A stretch of DNA of 49,008 nt, filler included, from Trypethelium eluteriae (lineage: Eukaryota), in NCBI GenBank assembly GCA_051942245.1. It is 2 parts of 2 records of this genome, joined end to end, with 100 filler letters (N's around TTAATTAATTAA, not from the genome) between each part and the next. Parts side by side here need not be neighbours in the genome. Positions count along the whole stretch, not along the records: positions 1 to 24,469 come from JAVECL010000402.1; 1 more part is not named here. The stretch is one strand, 5' to 3'. How positions within the stretch are numbered: position 1 is the first letter of the stretch; each line of letters begins with the position of its first letter. The position numbers and the translations under genes were made by a program. Shown one piece after another: positions 12,956 to 24,569 of this stretch. The notes beneath the pieces are model-generated. The model did no database searches and had not been told where the DNA came from. It saw only the letters and a list, made by a program, of their open reading frames with translations.

Positions 12956-13325
12956 CTACTTGCCCTCTTCCTTGCCATGCTTCCCGGGCACCAGTTTCTC
13001 TAAAAGTCCCACTCCAGTTCCCTTCCCTTTGCGGCCAGCCACCTCATCGGCGCTCTTGGTTGAGACCTTACTGTCCTTCCTTAGCTCGAGATCATCCTCG
13101 AGTTTGTCATCGGGACCAGAAGCGCGATTTTGAGCGCTGGTGGTTGCTCTGCCGGCTATAAGCCAAACGTGTGTCAGTACATCGAGCTCCATCAGGGTAA
13201 GCCTGCGGGCTACGGAGGACCGCAGCTCAGGAAGTGCAGAATGCATTGTAATACAGCAAAGAGAAGGGACAAGTACTGGAAGAGCTGTCCTGGGTCATCT
13301 TGAGGTCTTCATCTCGAGAAGCCAT
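12956..13325 (-). CDS. Small (82 aa) hydrophilic, charged hypothetical protein, two exons
   Basis: Exon 1 13325-13277 (MASRDEDLKMTQDSSS+A). Intron GTACTT...ACTGAC...TTATAG. Exon 2 13155-12956 (TGRATTSAQNRASGPDDKLEDD...GKHGKEEGK*). The phases join in frame, total 249 nt. Confidence 0.55.
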
Positions 13326-14736
13326 TATCGGGATGTCTTTTGACGTTGCGAATGGGGTTAAACGTGAGTGTTGATTTCTTGCTCAAGATGTGAAGATACG
13401 ATGAGGCGACCTTCCGCTAAGGCAAGGTGGAAAGGGCCGCTTCGGGGTTGTTCATGGGATTCACCAAGATCAAAGGATGTTCTTGGAAGTATGTATCAAG
13501 TGACAGTTTTCAATGAATTTCATTCACTCTCCAAGGTATATCTCCAAACATATAGTGGCTTTTTAATCCTTCGTCTAAGTTTGCATATAATTATTTCCAA
13601 TAATGAATTCGGTTACAGGGATCCCTAGGTACTGAGCAGCACCTTCCCGGAAGTGTAGAATCTTTAGCGATGCATCTATCAGCGCTTTCTTAGACCTTGT
13701 ACTAAGCTACTCATACACATCGAGCACTGTCTCAGATAGTCTTCAAGAGATCGCACGTGCTAGAGATCGCTACGAAGACGATATGCGACCAGAAAGACCT
13801 TTGATACAAAATCCATACCATATAACCATATGAGTCTCAAGGTAAATCTCATCGATTGTGACATTCTACCAAGGATCTTCGCTTTGACGTGTTGATAGCT
13901 CGATGATAGGGGCGCCTGGATGTGAGTCACATCGCATGATAACCACGGATAGCATCATCTCAACAATTAGGACTTCTCTTTCTGTTGTCAGTGATGTGTC
14001 GGAGACGGGCCTTTCGAGTGGTAATATTGCCCCTCTTCAAAAGTAAGAGAGTTGCAGCCGAAAGACTGGAAACACCATTAAGCCTGGGACATTGAAAGGA
14101 TATTTTGCAGCCATCAGCGAGTCATCTAGACAATACCATGAATATTAGGCAAAATTGAACCGAAATTGTGTCGACACAGGCAGATGGCCACCCGGAACCG
14201 ATTGTATCTAGAGCTTGCAGCAATCTGCGACTCGAAAGCTACAAGATGTAAGACCACTACCAAGTTTTAATTATAGGAATGATCTCTCTGGTAGGACCGC
14301 TCTTGTCGATAGATATCATTAGAACGAAACATCGAACGTTGGCAAAGCCAGTACTCGGTAATGTGTGGTCGGAGTTTGGAGGGTGACGGCAGAAATTCGG
14401 GCTCTGTGACGGAGTTAAGCGAAGCTCAAGTCACACTAGCGTTACCTGATCCGGCAGTGAAACCCCACTTTGGTGGTGAGTCGATTTGATTTCTCTTTGT
14501 TACTCACACTTCTGCCACAAAAACAACCATCTGCCCGAGCAGGCCTGGAGGCATCTGCAGTCTCCTGCTAAAGGTCTACTACGGAAATTCGAAACTCAGC
14601 AGAAGCATCCATCATTTGCCATCTCTAATCCCAGAGCGCCTTCATTCCACAACTCCGGAGCGGGGTACTTCGATATCCCCGAAAGATCCTGAGACCGCAC
14701 ACCGCAGCTTAGCACAGCCGTCAGAACACCGCCAAA

Positions 14737-17678
14737 ATGGTCAAGTACGTCTCTCTTGTCTCTTGAAAGCATGCATGGGATATCTGGATACTCTGCTTGG
14801 TCGTCTCAGCAACGACTTTGTGATGACTTCCAGTTCTTACGTCTCGTCGTCTTGCAAACTTATGCTAGAAACATTCGCTGACATGGCCTGCTTACAACAG
14901 CTTCACCGTCGAAGAGGTACGATTACGCCGGTTCTTGAAGTTGTTGACGCTGTCAATGAGGTCGCATTATCCAAGATAGAAAAGCTGACACGATTTTTTC
15001 AGATCCGTGGTCTCATGGACAATCCGGCCAACATCCGGAATATGTCCGTTATTGCCCATGGTGAGTGTCTTCCTCGAATGACGAGTCTATCAAGTGGCAT
15101 TAATTGACTGATTCATCAAATAGTTGATCACGGAAAGTCCACCTTGACCGACTCCCTTGTCCAGCGTGCTGGTATCATTTCCGCAGCCAAGGCCGGGGAG
15201 GCACGATTCACGGACACCCGTCCTGATGAACAAGAACGCGGTGTCACCATCAAGTCTACGGCCATCTCGCTGTATGCCACGCTGAAGGACGCTGAAGATT
15301 TAAAAGACATTCCAGTCAAGACAGATAAGAACGACTTTTTGGTCAACTTGATCGACTCTCCAGGCCACGTCGACTTCTCATCTGAAGTCACTGCCGCCCT
15401 CCGCGTTACCGATGGTGCCCTTGTTGTCGTCGACACCGTCGAGGGTGTCTGCGTACAGACTGAGACTGTGCTGCGACAGGCTCTTGGTGAGAGGATTAAA
15501 CCAGTTGTTATCATCAACAAGGTCGATCGTGCTCTGCTCGAACTCCAGGTCACGAAGGAAGATTTATACCAAAACTTCTCCCGTGTCATCGAATCCGTGA
15601 ATGTTGTTATCGCTACATATTTTGACAAGGCTCTTGGTGATGTCCAAGTCTACCCCGACAAAGGTACTATCTGCTTTGGATCTGGTCTCCACGGCTGGGC
15701 TTTCACTATCCGTCAATTCGCTGCCAGGTATTCGAAGAAATTCGGTGTTGACAAGAACAAGCTGATGGAACGTCTATGGGTAAGCGACGGATGACTGGGA
15801 CGCCTTATGGATAAAATTGCTGACTTCATCAGGGCGACAACTATTTCAACCCGGCTACGAAGAAATGGACGAAGAGCAGTCAACACGAAGGCAAGGAGCT
15901 CGAACGCTCCTTCAATTCATTTATCCTTGATCCAATTTTCAGGATTTTTGGTGCTGTCATGAACTTCAAAAAAGATGAAATTCCGAAGCTTCTTGAGAAA
16001 CTCGAGATCAAGCTTAGTGGAGACGAGAAAGACCTTGAGGGCAAGCAGCTTCTCAAGGTTGTCATGAGGAAGTTCTTACCTGCTGCCGATGCCCTGCTTG
16101 AGATGATGATCTTGCACTTACCGTCCCCAATCACCGCTCAAAAGTATCGTATGGAAACTTTGTACGAAGGCCCCCCTGATGACGAGGCTGCCATTGCCAT
16201 TCGCGATTGCGATGCCAAGGGTACACTCATGTTGTATGTGTCCAAGATGGTGCCAACTTCCGATAAGGGACGTTTCTATGCTTTCGGTCGTGTGTTCTCT
16301 GGTACCGTCAGGTCCGGCCTTAAGGTTCGAATTCAGGGACCCAACTACACTCCTGGCAAGAAAGAAGACTTGTTTGTCAAGGCCATCCAACGTACTATTC
16401 TCATGATGGGCCGTAACATCGAGCCGATCGAGGACGTGCCTGCCGGAAACATTCTCGGTTTGGTCGGTATCGATCAGTTCTTGCTTAAGTCCGGTACTTT
16501 GACTACTAGCGAAACAGCTCACAACCTGAAGGTCATGAAGTTCTCCGTCTCACCCGTTGTCCAACGTTCCGTCGAAGTCAAGAACGCCAATGATCTCCCC
16601 AAGCTAGTCGAAGGTCTCAAACGTCTATCTAAATCCGATCCTTGCGTCTTGACCTACATTGCCGAGACGGGTGAACACGTCGTTGCCGGAGCAGGTGAAC
16701 TGCATCTCGAAATCTGCTTGAAGGATCTTGAGGAGGACCATGCCGGTGTACCTCTCCGTATTTCAGATCCTGTTGTCGGCTACCGCGAGACAGTACAAGA
16801 AGAATCCAGCATGACTGCCTTGTCCAAGTCTCCTAACAAGCACAATCGACTCTACCTCAAAGCGCAACCCCTTGACGAGGATGTTGCTAAGGACATCGAG
16901 GCTGGCAGAATCGGACCACGTGACGATTTCAAGGCCCGCGCACGTATCCTTGCCGACGAGCATGGGTGGGACGTTACGGATGCTCGTAAGATTTGGTGTT
17001 TCGGTCCTGATACTACTGGTGCCAACTTACTCGTCGACCAAACCAAGGCTGTCCAGTACCTCAACGAAATCAAGGACTCCGTTGTCTCTGGATTCCAGTG
17101 GGCAACCAAGGAAGGACCTGTCGCGGAAGAGCCTATGCGTTCTATTCGTTTCAATATCCTTGATGTCACGCTCCACGCTGATGCCATCCACCGCGGCGGT
17201 GGTCAAATCATCCCAACTGCCCGTCGGGCTTTGTACGCTGCGACCTTACTTGCCAGCCCGGGTATCCAAGAGCCTGTCTATCTTTGCGAGATCCAAGTTC
17301 CTGAGCAAGCCATGGGCGGCATCTACGGTGTACTCACACGGAGGAGAGGTCACGTCTTTGAGGAAAACCAGCGTCCGGGTACGCCACTGTTCAACGTCAA
17401 GTCTTACCTGCCTGTCAACGAATCCTTCGGTTTCACGGCCGATCTGCGAAGTCATACTGCCGGACAGGCCTTCCCTCAAATGGTGTTCGATCACTGGCAG
17501 GTGCTGCCGGGTGGTAGTCCGCTTGATAAGACTACTAAGCCTGGTCAGGTTGTGGAAGAGACAAGGAAGAGGAAGGGTATCAAGCCTGACGTGCCAGGCT
17601 ATGAGAACGTGAGTGGACTATTTCTCGGAGCTGCTGGAATTCTGCTAATCATTTTGACAGTACTACGACAAGCTATAG
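14737..17678 (+). CDS. EFT2: Translation elongation factor 2 (eEF2)
   Basis: Exons 14737-14744, 14901-14916, 15003-15060, 15124-15779, 15833-17608, 17661-17678. Motifs: MVNFTVEEIRGLMD...[28 protein letters not shown], diphthamide loop [16 protein letters not shown]-terminus YYDKL*. Confidence 0.98.
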
Positions 17679-18257
17679 AGTGCTGCTATCAGCAACGATA
17701 GATTTCACTTCCCGTGTTGCATTCCCTCTAAGCATCTCTGGGCGTGGAGGAGTGCTACTATCCTAAAAGCCTGACATCTATGTCGCATATCGCAGGCCTT
17801 CGAGCAATTCATTTACGCCAAGCAACGGCCTTTCGACGTTAGTTAAGGACAACGATAACGAGAACGGGTAGTTCGAAGAGACTGGTAGGATAGGTTGATG
17901 ATGCAGGAATAGGGTCGATGTTTTCCTTTGTTATTTTGTACCTAAGTAGAATATGAGTTATTGAACACGAAGTTGATCACCACTAAATGCGTGGATACAG
18001 CTATAGTAGCGCTCCGCCGCAATCGACAACCTGCAAAAACCAAGCCCCGATGTACTTAAGCATAGGTACCTACGATGCTTACAGTATGCTAGGAAGGTCG
18101 TGGACCTCAATCTTTACACCACCGACGCCGCGATGGCGCTCCCACACCTAGAACAAAGTCATCAAATCCTACAGCACTTACTATAGCCCTGCTTGGTCGA
18201 AAGTAAGGATAGTGCTACAGCTGCCTAGAGCTGGTATACTTTCGATTGAATTAAAGC

Positions 18258-19143
18258 CTAGGTGTTGTTGTTAGACGGCCACGGGGGTAGCTTTTCCGCC
18301 CTCTCAACTGTAAACAACACGCGCGCATCTGTCTCAACTTCCACCATCTCCCGCACCACATGATTGCTCGTACTTACATTACCTCCCATCTCCGTCCTCC
18401 ACTCCTCCACATCCCATTCCAGCCCAGCAGTCGAGATTGTCGCAGGACCATAGATGGGCACGATCCCGACATTAGCAGTAAGAATGCCTGCCCCGACATC
18501 CAGCTGCATACGGCTGCGGCCTGGTGGCAAAATAAAGGAAATACTACGCTCAGAAAAGAGGACAAGGTCGAGCTGGGGGTCTGCGACCTGCTCTCGGAGC
18601 ATTTCATGTAGGAGGCCGAGACCCTGATCCAAACGACCGGAGATGGAGCCGAGGATGTTAATGGTGTACCGAGCGGGCTGCTGCTGCCGCTCCTGGCCAT
18701 TTGTGGCGGAGGAGTGCTCTTGAGAGTGCTGGCGGATTACCTTAAGCGCTTTGGCAAAGTCAGTGCTGTACTGGTCGGGGTCGAGGGTGACAGGGACGCC
18801 TTTTTGTTCGTAGAAGCCGCGGATTGAAGGTCTGAGGGAATCCAGATCACCGTGAATCCGGTCTGGAAGCTGCCTTCTTCGTCAACAAGCTATCCTGGAC
18901 TTGCGAGAGAAGTAAAATACTGACATAGTCGTCTCGGGAATCTTCTAACCCCTTTGGAAATAAATCGTGTAACCTATTTGCACCACCATCTGCGCAAATC
19001 TTGAAAATTGAAATTTGCCAAAGCCTTTGTAGCAGTACTAAATCCGAAATAGGCTGATTGAGAATGAGAAGGGAAGGCTTGCTCCCTTGCAAGAAGCCAT
19101 TATATTCGAGGGCAAGGCTGGGTCTATCAGTATGAACTGTCAT
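18258..19143 (-). CDS. THI80: Thiamine pyrophosphokinase
   Basis: Exons 19143-18925 and 18869-18258 (intron 18924-18870). Motifs: LLILNQP, ICADGGANRL, LPDRIHGDLDS, DQYSTDF, GRLDQ, GLEWDV, GGNVSTSNH. Confidence 0.93.
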
Positions 19144-19313
19144 GGAGAGCGCGACGAGAACAGTATTTCACCCCGTTTCTATGATTACAGGAAATCTATG
19201 AGCATCAGAACGAGAGCAAATTAAGGAACAGAGGATATTGAACCTTGTTGTCGATTGCGATGATGCAAGTATAGTAATTATCCTTACCTCTTCGGGTAGA
19301 CAACGGGTTTCAG

Positions 19314-19318
19314 CCAAT
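19314..19318 (+). promoter_or_regulatory. Possible CCAAT box (HAP/CBC site) in the THI80/MIA40 divergent promoter
   Basis: AGCCAATC lies about 135 bp upstream of the MIA40 ATG. The motif is short and the position plausible, so this is weak evidence. Confidence 0.3.
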
Positions 19319-19450
19319 CGGAAAGCTCCGTTCAAGCTGTCAAGTTGTCACTGCGCATTATTCATCCTCGCCCCCCTTCGCGCAGTGTAATCTTTCCCTA
19401 ACTTCTATTCTTTCTAATTTCATTTCATTTCTTTCCTATCATACCCCGAA

Positions 19451-20474
19451 ATGCTGCAACGAGCAACACGCGCACTTCCGCGCTCTGCGCCCCTGTTTCG
19501 CACTTCGATTTCTCGTCCTTTCTTTCCTAGGACCGGCCGACGCTTCGCCAGCACCGCTCCTGCCGATAAACCACGGAGTTGGAGATCATCAGCAACAAGA
19601 TGGGGGGTGGTGGTTGCCGGGCTATACTACTACAACTCGAGCAAGATGTTTGCGGAGGAGCCAGTTTACGCCGTCCATCTTCCCGAGACCGATCGCGAGA
19701 CAGAGACGATGCCTACCATTGATGAGCTTGCGGAACAGCGGCGGCAGCAAGCTCTCGCAAGACAGTCTACTAATGCGCCTTCTGTGACTTCGAGTCAAAA
19801 CGTTGCTACAGCACCCATAGAAGAGGCTAGCGCATCAGCCGTCTCACCCCAAGAGTTGGAAGAGGAGGCAGAGGGAGAGGGCGCCTTTAATCCTGAGACT
19901 GGGGAGATCAACTGGGAATGTCCTTGCTTGGGAGGTATGGCGCATGGGCCTTGCGGGGAGCAGTTTAAGGCGGCATTCAGCTGCTTCGTGTACTCAAAAG
20001 AGGAGCCCAAGGGAATTGACTGCATCGACAATTTCAAGTAAGCTCATCGGATGACGCCTCACGAAAAGTTGGGCCGTTTCTGAAGCTAAAGCAAAACGCA
20101 GGAACATGCAAGACTGCTTCAGACAATACCCTGAAGTCTATGGTGCCGAACTGGAAGGCGACGAAGAGGAGGAAGAATTGATGCAAAATTCATCTCTAGG
20201 AGAACAACCGAGTTCCCAAGCGGCTCAGCCAAAGGATGTAGCAGTTCCTTCACAGCCGATACCCTCTTCACCAGCAGAAAATGCCTCAGACAGCAAAGTT
20301 GCCGAGCAGAGACCTGCAAGCCCATCATTGACACCAGAAGAAATTCAGCAGAAGAGACAACGCGCTAAATCTGCAAGTCAACAGGTCAAGACGGAATATC
20401 CAGTGACGTCTGAGACTGAAGAAGCGGTACCTAAAGCGTGGCACGATACCAAATCTAGTAATGATGGAAAATAA
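19451..20474 (+). CDS. MIA40: Mitochondrial intermembrane-space import oxidoreductase Mia40
   Basis: Arg-rich presequence and TM segment, [16 protein letters not shown] (CPC motif) and twin CX9C. The intron 20038-20101 joins CIDNFK to [13 protein letters not shown]. Confidence 0.95.
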
Positions 20475-21175
20475 GCGAATGGCATTTAGGAGACTGTGTG
20501 TGTAAGATAGATTTGGTCAAGATGACTGAGGTGTAACATACATATATATATCTCTATATATACATGTTTATGAGTACTTGGATCGAAGGCGCATGGAAAG
20601 GGAGAAGGCTTTTAGTCCTCTGTTTGGTGGTCGCGTAGCATACTTCGGTCTAGAAAATCTCGACTTTCGGTCTCTTTCACAGTCTTACTTCTAAGGACCA
20701 CATAATCTCTTTCAAAAGTTCAAAGCCTGGCGCAGGGATTTCGGTATGTTATATGATCGGCGACTTCACATCCTTACGGGTGGAGGTGCTCCGTGAAAGA
20801 ATTTCATATTTTTATGTTCAAGTGATGTTTGACACCGAGTCCCTTCTTCAAGAATCAATGGAACGAAATTTATAGGATCTAACAAAACAGTACGGTTGGT
20901 ATTACTGTGCTGTGCATAATTTCACATACGAGCTTGGGTGCTTGTTTCATGGGAATGACGTATATGGCCTGAGCTCTCCAGAACCTTGTTATGTTATGGT
21001 CCGCATGTGACGAAGGTTCGACCAAGACTCCAATCAAGGCCGGTTTACCATCTTTCCCCTATTCCCCCTCCACCGCATTGAAAAATCCGTCCGCTCGCAT
21101 AAATTCCTTGAGTCTCTCTCGGCTACGTTCGCGTTGTGTGTCCCCCGGTAAACATCGAAAGCCAGGAAGTAAGGG

Positions 21176-21896
21176 ATGTCGTACGCAGCAGTCGCTGGTT
21201 CGGGACCACAGCAGTCCGCAGCAGAGGTACGATGAGTCTCGCAACTATTGTGACTTTGCATGTTCTGACAAGATTACAGAAGTAGGTCTTCACCTCTGAT
21301 CAAATACCAGACCTGGCGAAGATTTTATTCTCCGAATGTACGACTAATATAAGAAAGACGTGCCCCTGCGCCCCCCGAGCTTGAACAGAGCGTTTCGTCC
21401 ACTCAATCTCTAATCGACGTTGACTCTCCTCACGTCTCTTCTGTCCCCTCAGACTTTGAATCTCAGTCAATCAAGACCGACACTCAGGCCGAGCGCATCG
21501 AGCGCGAAATGGAAGACAAATCGCGTGACTTCGAGGCCAAGGCCAGCCGAGCTAAGGAAAGGTTCGGAGAGGGCAAAAAGAGGGGCAAATCCGAGGCGAA
21601 GAAAGACGCTCAATTCTTGCGCGAGAACTCGAACAATCCGGTCATTGTCGGTAACGCGGTCGTGATCACCGCTCTCGCAGGTGTTTTGGGTTGGGGCGCA
21701 TACAAGCAGCACCAGGCGGGACAGCTTGATTGGAAGGTCGCTGGAATTGGTGCTAGTGCTGTTGGATTGTTCGCTATGGCAGATTACTTTGTCAGCAAGT
21801 GAGTATTTTCAACGGGTTTTGGGGTCATCTTATATTTGATTACGTTGCTAACGTTGCATTAGATGGCTTTTCCAGAAGTATCCACCCAGGGAATGA
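21176..21896 (+). CDS. Mitochondrial outer-membrane OM14-like conserved fungal protein
   Basis: Exons 21176-21226, 21280-21281 (2-nt microexon), 21358-21798, 21863-21896. Product: MSYAAVAGSGPQQSAAEKRAPAPPELEQSVSSTQSLIDVDSPHVSSVPSDF...NPVIVGNAVV...LDWKVAGIGASAVGLFAMADYFVSKWLFQKYPPRE*. Confidence 0.75.
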
Positions 21897-22614
21897 AGTA
21901 GACTTGAATTTGTCGACTAGCAGTTGTAGTGTTTGAGCTCTCCACTTTTCAAACTTTTCTCTTTACCAGTCAGGGTGGGACAATCTGGTACCGCTGACAA
22001 GTGGCGCAAGTTGAGCATTGCACGATATGCAGAAGCCCGTATATCAGTATAATGTACCTGTAATGATTTTTTGAAACGGTTTCAGACCTTCCAATCTGTC
22101 TTTTAGGTATCTCTTGGCTTGTCCCTGCCTGTGCCGTGAAACTGCGACTTCCCATTAGGCAACATTGCGCGCTAACGCTTTTCGGAAGACAGCCTGATAT
22201 CTTGATCAAAGTGCACCTCTCTCAACACTTTAATTGTGTCCCATCAGTGACTCATGCGACTCGTCCAAAGCTGTGGTCTGGTCATCCTGCTGCTGCCTCT
22301 TGCTGCCTTCTTAGACACTCTTTATTTTCTCTTAAATACATCCATGGTCACCATCCAAAGCATATTTGGGTAGATGACCCTGCACCTTCATTCACTGAAT
22401 ATCACATGTCACAATTATTTATAACAAATCCAGGAAGTGAACACAACTCACACACGTCTCAGACGCGTCCTCACCGTTTGCGTCTATGCAACACTCTTTT
22501 CTTACGTCACGTCGTTTAAGTAGCCCTCCACCTCTACCATAATTTCTGCCTCCTACTCCAATTCCTGGGAGGGAGTGAAAACCTCATTGTGAACCCTTTG
22601 AACAGACTCAGATC

Positions 22615-23786
22615 ATGGCTCGCGTGCCCCGTCCCCGGTCAGCGGTAACTCCTCACCGGGGACTTAACTCAAAGGCTACCAGGCGCTCTTCGCCACAGTC
22701 CGTCAAATCTCTTGGCAAGACAGATCAGGACCAGACATCTCGCTACGGACTTCGCAAGCGTCGCCGCAGCCCTGATGCGAGTAATGTTCAAGAGCGTCCA
22801 ACTAAAGCTCGTCGCAGTCCCGCTCAATTGCCCGAGAAGCACTCTGTGACTCCCAAATCCAGCATCAAGGACACGTCGAAAGCTTCAGGAGGGGTCGAAG
22901 GACCTCCAAAACCATCTCCGAGGACCTACAACTGTCGAATCTGCCTCGAAGACGTGGTGACGAGCCGCTTTCCACGCAAAAACGCATGCCCGGAGTCTTG
23001 CGTAGATTGCCTAACCGGAGAGAACCGCATCTGCAAACCATGTATCGTCTCTTCAATTATTGCTCAAAGTGAGATACGCGACATCGATAAGGTCGGATGC
23101 CCCTCATGTTACGAACCCTGGGAATACCGGCGCCTCGTTTCCTTCCTTCCCCGGGATGAGGTCCGCCGCCTCGATGCGCGCATTATCGCTCGAGGAGTAG
23201 CTAAAGAAGAAAACTGGCGCTGGTGTCCGCAGCGGGGATGCCAATTTGGGCAGATTTACGACGTCAATTTCGGATCGAATCCCGTGCCGGAATGGTGCAC
23301 GCTGTATATCTGCCAGGGCTGCCATCGGCACAACTGTTTCAAGCATCAGACCCCCTGGCACGAGAACTTGAGTTGTGCGCAGTACGACTATCGCCAGGAG
23401 CACGAGAGGGTAAAGGAAGGGGGAAAGACGAACGAGGAGCTGGAGGAGCAGGATCGAGAGTCGAGGCTTTTGATGCAGAAGCAAGAGACGAGGATCTGTC
23501 CCTACTGTGGACACGCTGTCCAGAGGACGGTTGGATGTGACAGTATGCAATGTAAGTCCAATTCGCGGCCTGAAACGATCTAGTGCGAGCTCATACTTTG
23601 CCTCCTCTTCGCTTTTTCTCATACTTACTTCCGTCCCTTAAAGAGACTCGTACTGATCAGTGGAGGATAGGCACCGTCTGCGGAGAGTCTTTCATTCTCA
23701 ACAGTGCGAAGAAGGTCACGGTGGAGCCCGTGAAGAAGCATGAGTACAATATGCGCAAGAGGAAAGAAGTGAAGTACACAAAGTGA
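22615..23786 (+). CDS. RBR (RING1-IBR-Rcat) E3 ubiquitin ligase-like protein
   Basis: Basic disordered N-terminus, RING1 (CRIC...CKPC...CPSC), IBR (WRWCPQRGC...CQGC...CFKHQTPWHENLSC) and Rcat start (CPYC...GCDSMQC). Intron 23552-23670 continues into TVCGESF. Confidence 0.85.
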
Positions 23787-24411
23787 GAATATATGAGTAA
23801 GGGTAGAGTTTGTGAGACTGGACTGTTCACTGAACGTCTTGTCATAGCTTTATGAAAATCAAATGGCTACAGTTGCGCAATTTCGTATCCTCATGCCTTC
23901 GAGGGCGTAGACACCAGGGTTTGTTGAACAGGAGCAATCCAACCAGGGATCATCCGTCATTCTAACACAAGTAAGCATAGGAAGCCGTTTCAAGGAGAGT
24001 CGATTCTGAGAACTGCCTGTACCCCAAAGCTATTGCAACAGTGGCACGGTGAGGAAATTTGGACCGAGAAACATCCAGGCAATGTCTATGCTAATCAATC
24101 TCGATTCACTTGGTAGACGCCCAAATTACCGGGCTACGTAGAAACCTCGGCCCGTGTCCAAACTGTGGGGAAAGGGAATGATTTCATGCTTCAACCATTG
24201 CTATCTGCGAGCTGTTTTTAAGCTTCAATTAACATACATATCCATTGTATTTTTACTCTATTGGCACAATCCCAATTAGCAAAAAATTCTTGTGTTTCCT
24301 AATCCAGCTGCGCATCCAAACCTAGTCCCACCAAATTGACTCAAACCCTCCTCTCGGTGTCTCCGTCCCCCCATTACATCAAGCTCTGTGCCACGCAGCA
24401 CCCCGCCAACC

Positions 24412-24469
24412 ATGCCCACCGCCCTCACCATCCGTCAAATCGACGGCAAGCCAGGCAAAGTGTACTACC
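24412..24469 (+). CDS. 5' fragment of a probable zinc-binding alcohol dehydrogenase / quinone-oxidoreductase-family gene, cut by the contig end
   Basis: CAACCATG context, reading MPTALTIRQIDGKPGKVYY. This resembles the recalled N-terminus of a conserved fungal MDR-family protein. Only 19 codons are visible. Confidence 0.45.
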
Positions 24470-24569
24470 NNNNNNNNNNNNNNNNNNNNNNNNNNNNNNN
24501 NNNNNNNNNNNNNTTAATTAATTAANNNNNNNNNNNNNNNNNNNNNNNNNNNNNNNNNNNNNNNNNNNN
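24470..24569. other. Artificial scaffold linker (44 N + TTAATTAATTAA + 44 N)
   Basis: Exactly 100 bp and symmetric. The palindromic core places stop codons in all six frames. Confidence 0.97.

Noticed and set aside
14820..14881. C-box-like GTGATGA and D-box-like CTGA in EF-2 intron 1 (possible intronic snoRNA)
   Set aside because: The CTGA coincides with the branch site, there is no terminal stem, and no convincing rRNA complement was recognised.
16872..17612. 246-aa alternative-frame ORF within EF-2
   Set aside because: It is an expected by-product of biased codon usage in a highly expressed gene, with no motifs.
18870..19450. TPP riboswitch associated with the thiamine gene
   Set aside because: No TPP aptamer core was seen in the 55-nt intron or the leader. 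Known fungal TPP switches occur in THI4, NMT1/THI5 and a transporter gene, not THI80.
20535..20570. TA-rich quasi-palindrome after MIA40
   Set aside because: It is an ordinary low-complexity 3'-end/polyadenylation-type tract.
24514..24525. Perfect palindrome TTAATTAATTAA
   Set aside because: It is a synthetic contig linker, not biological.
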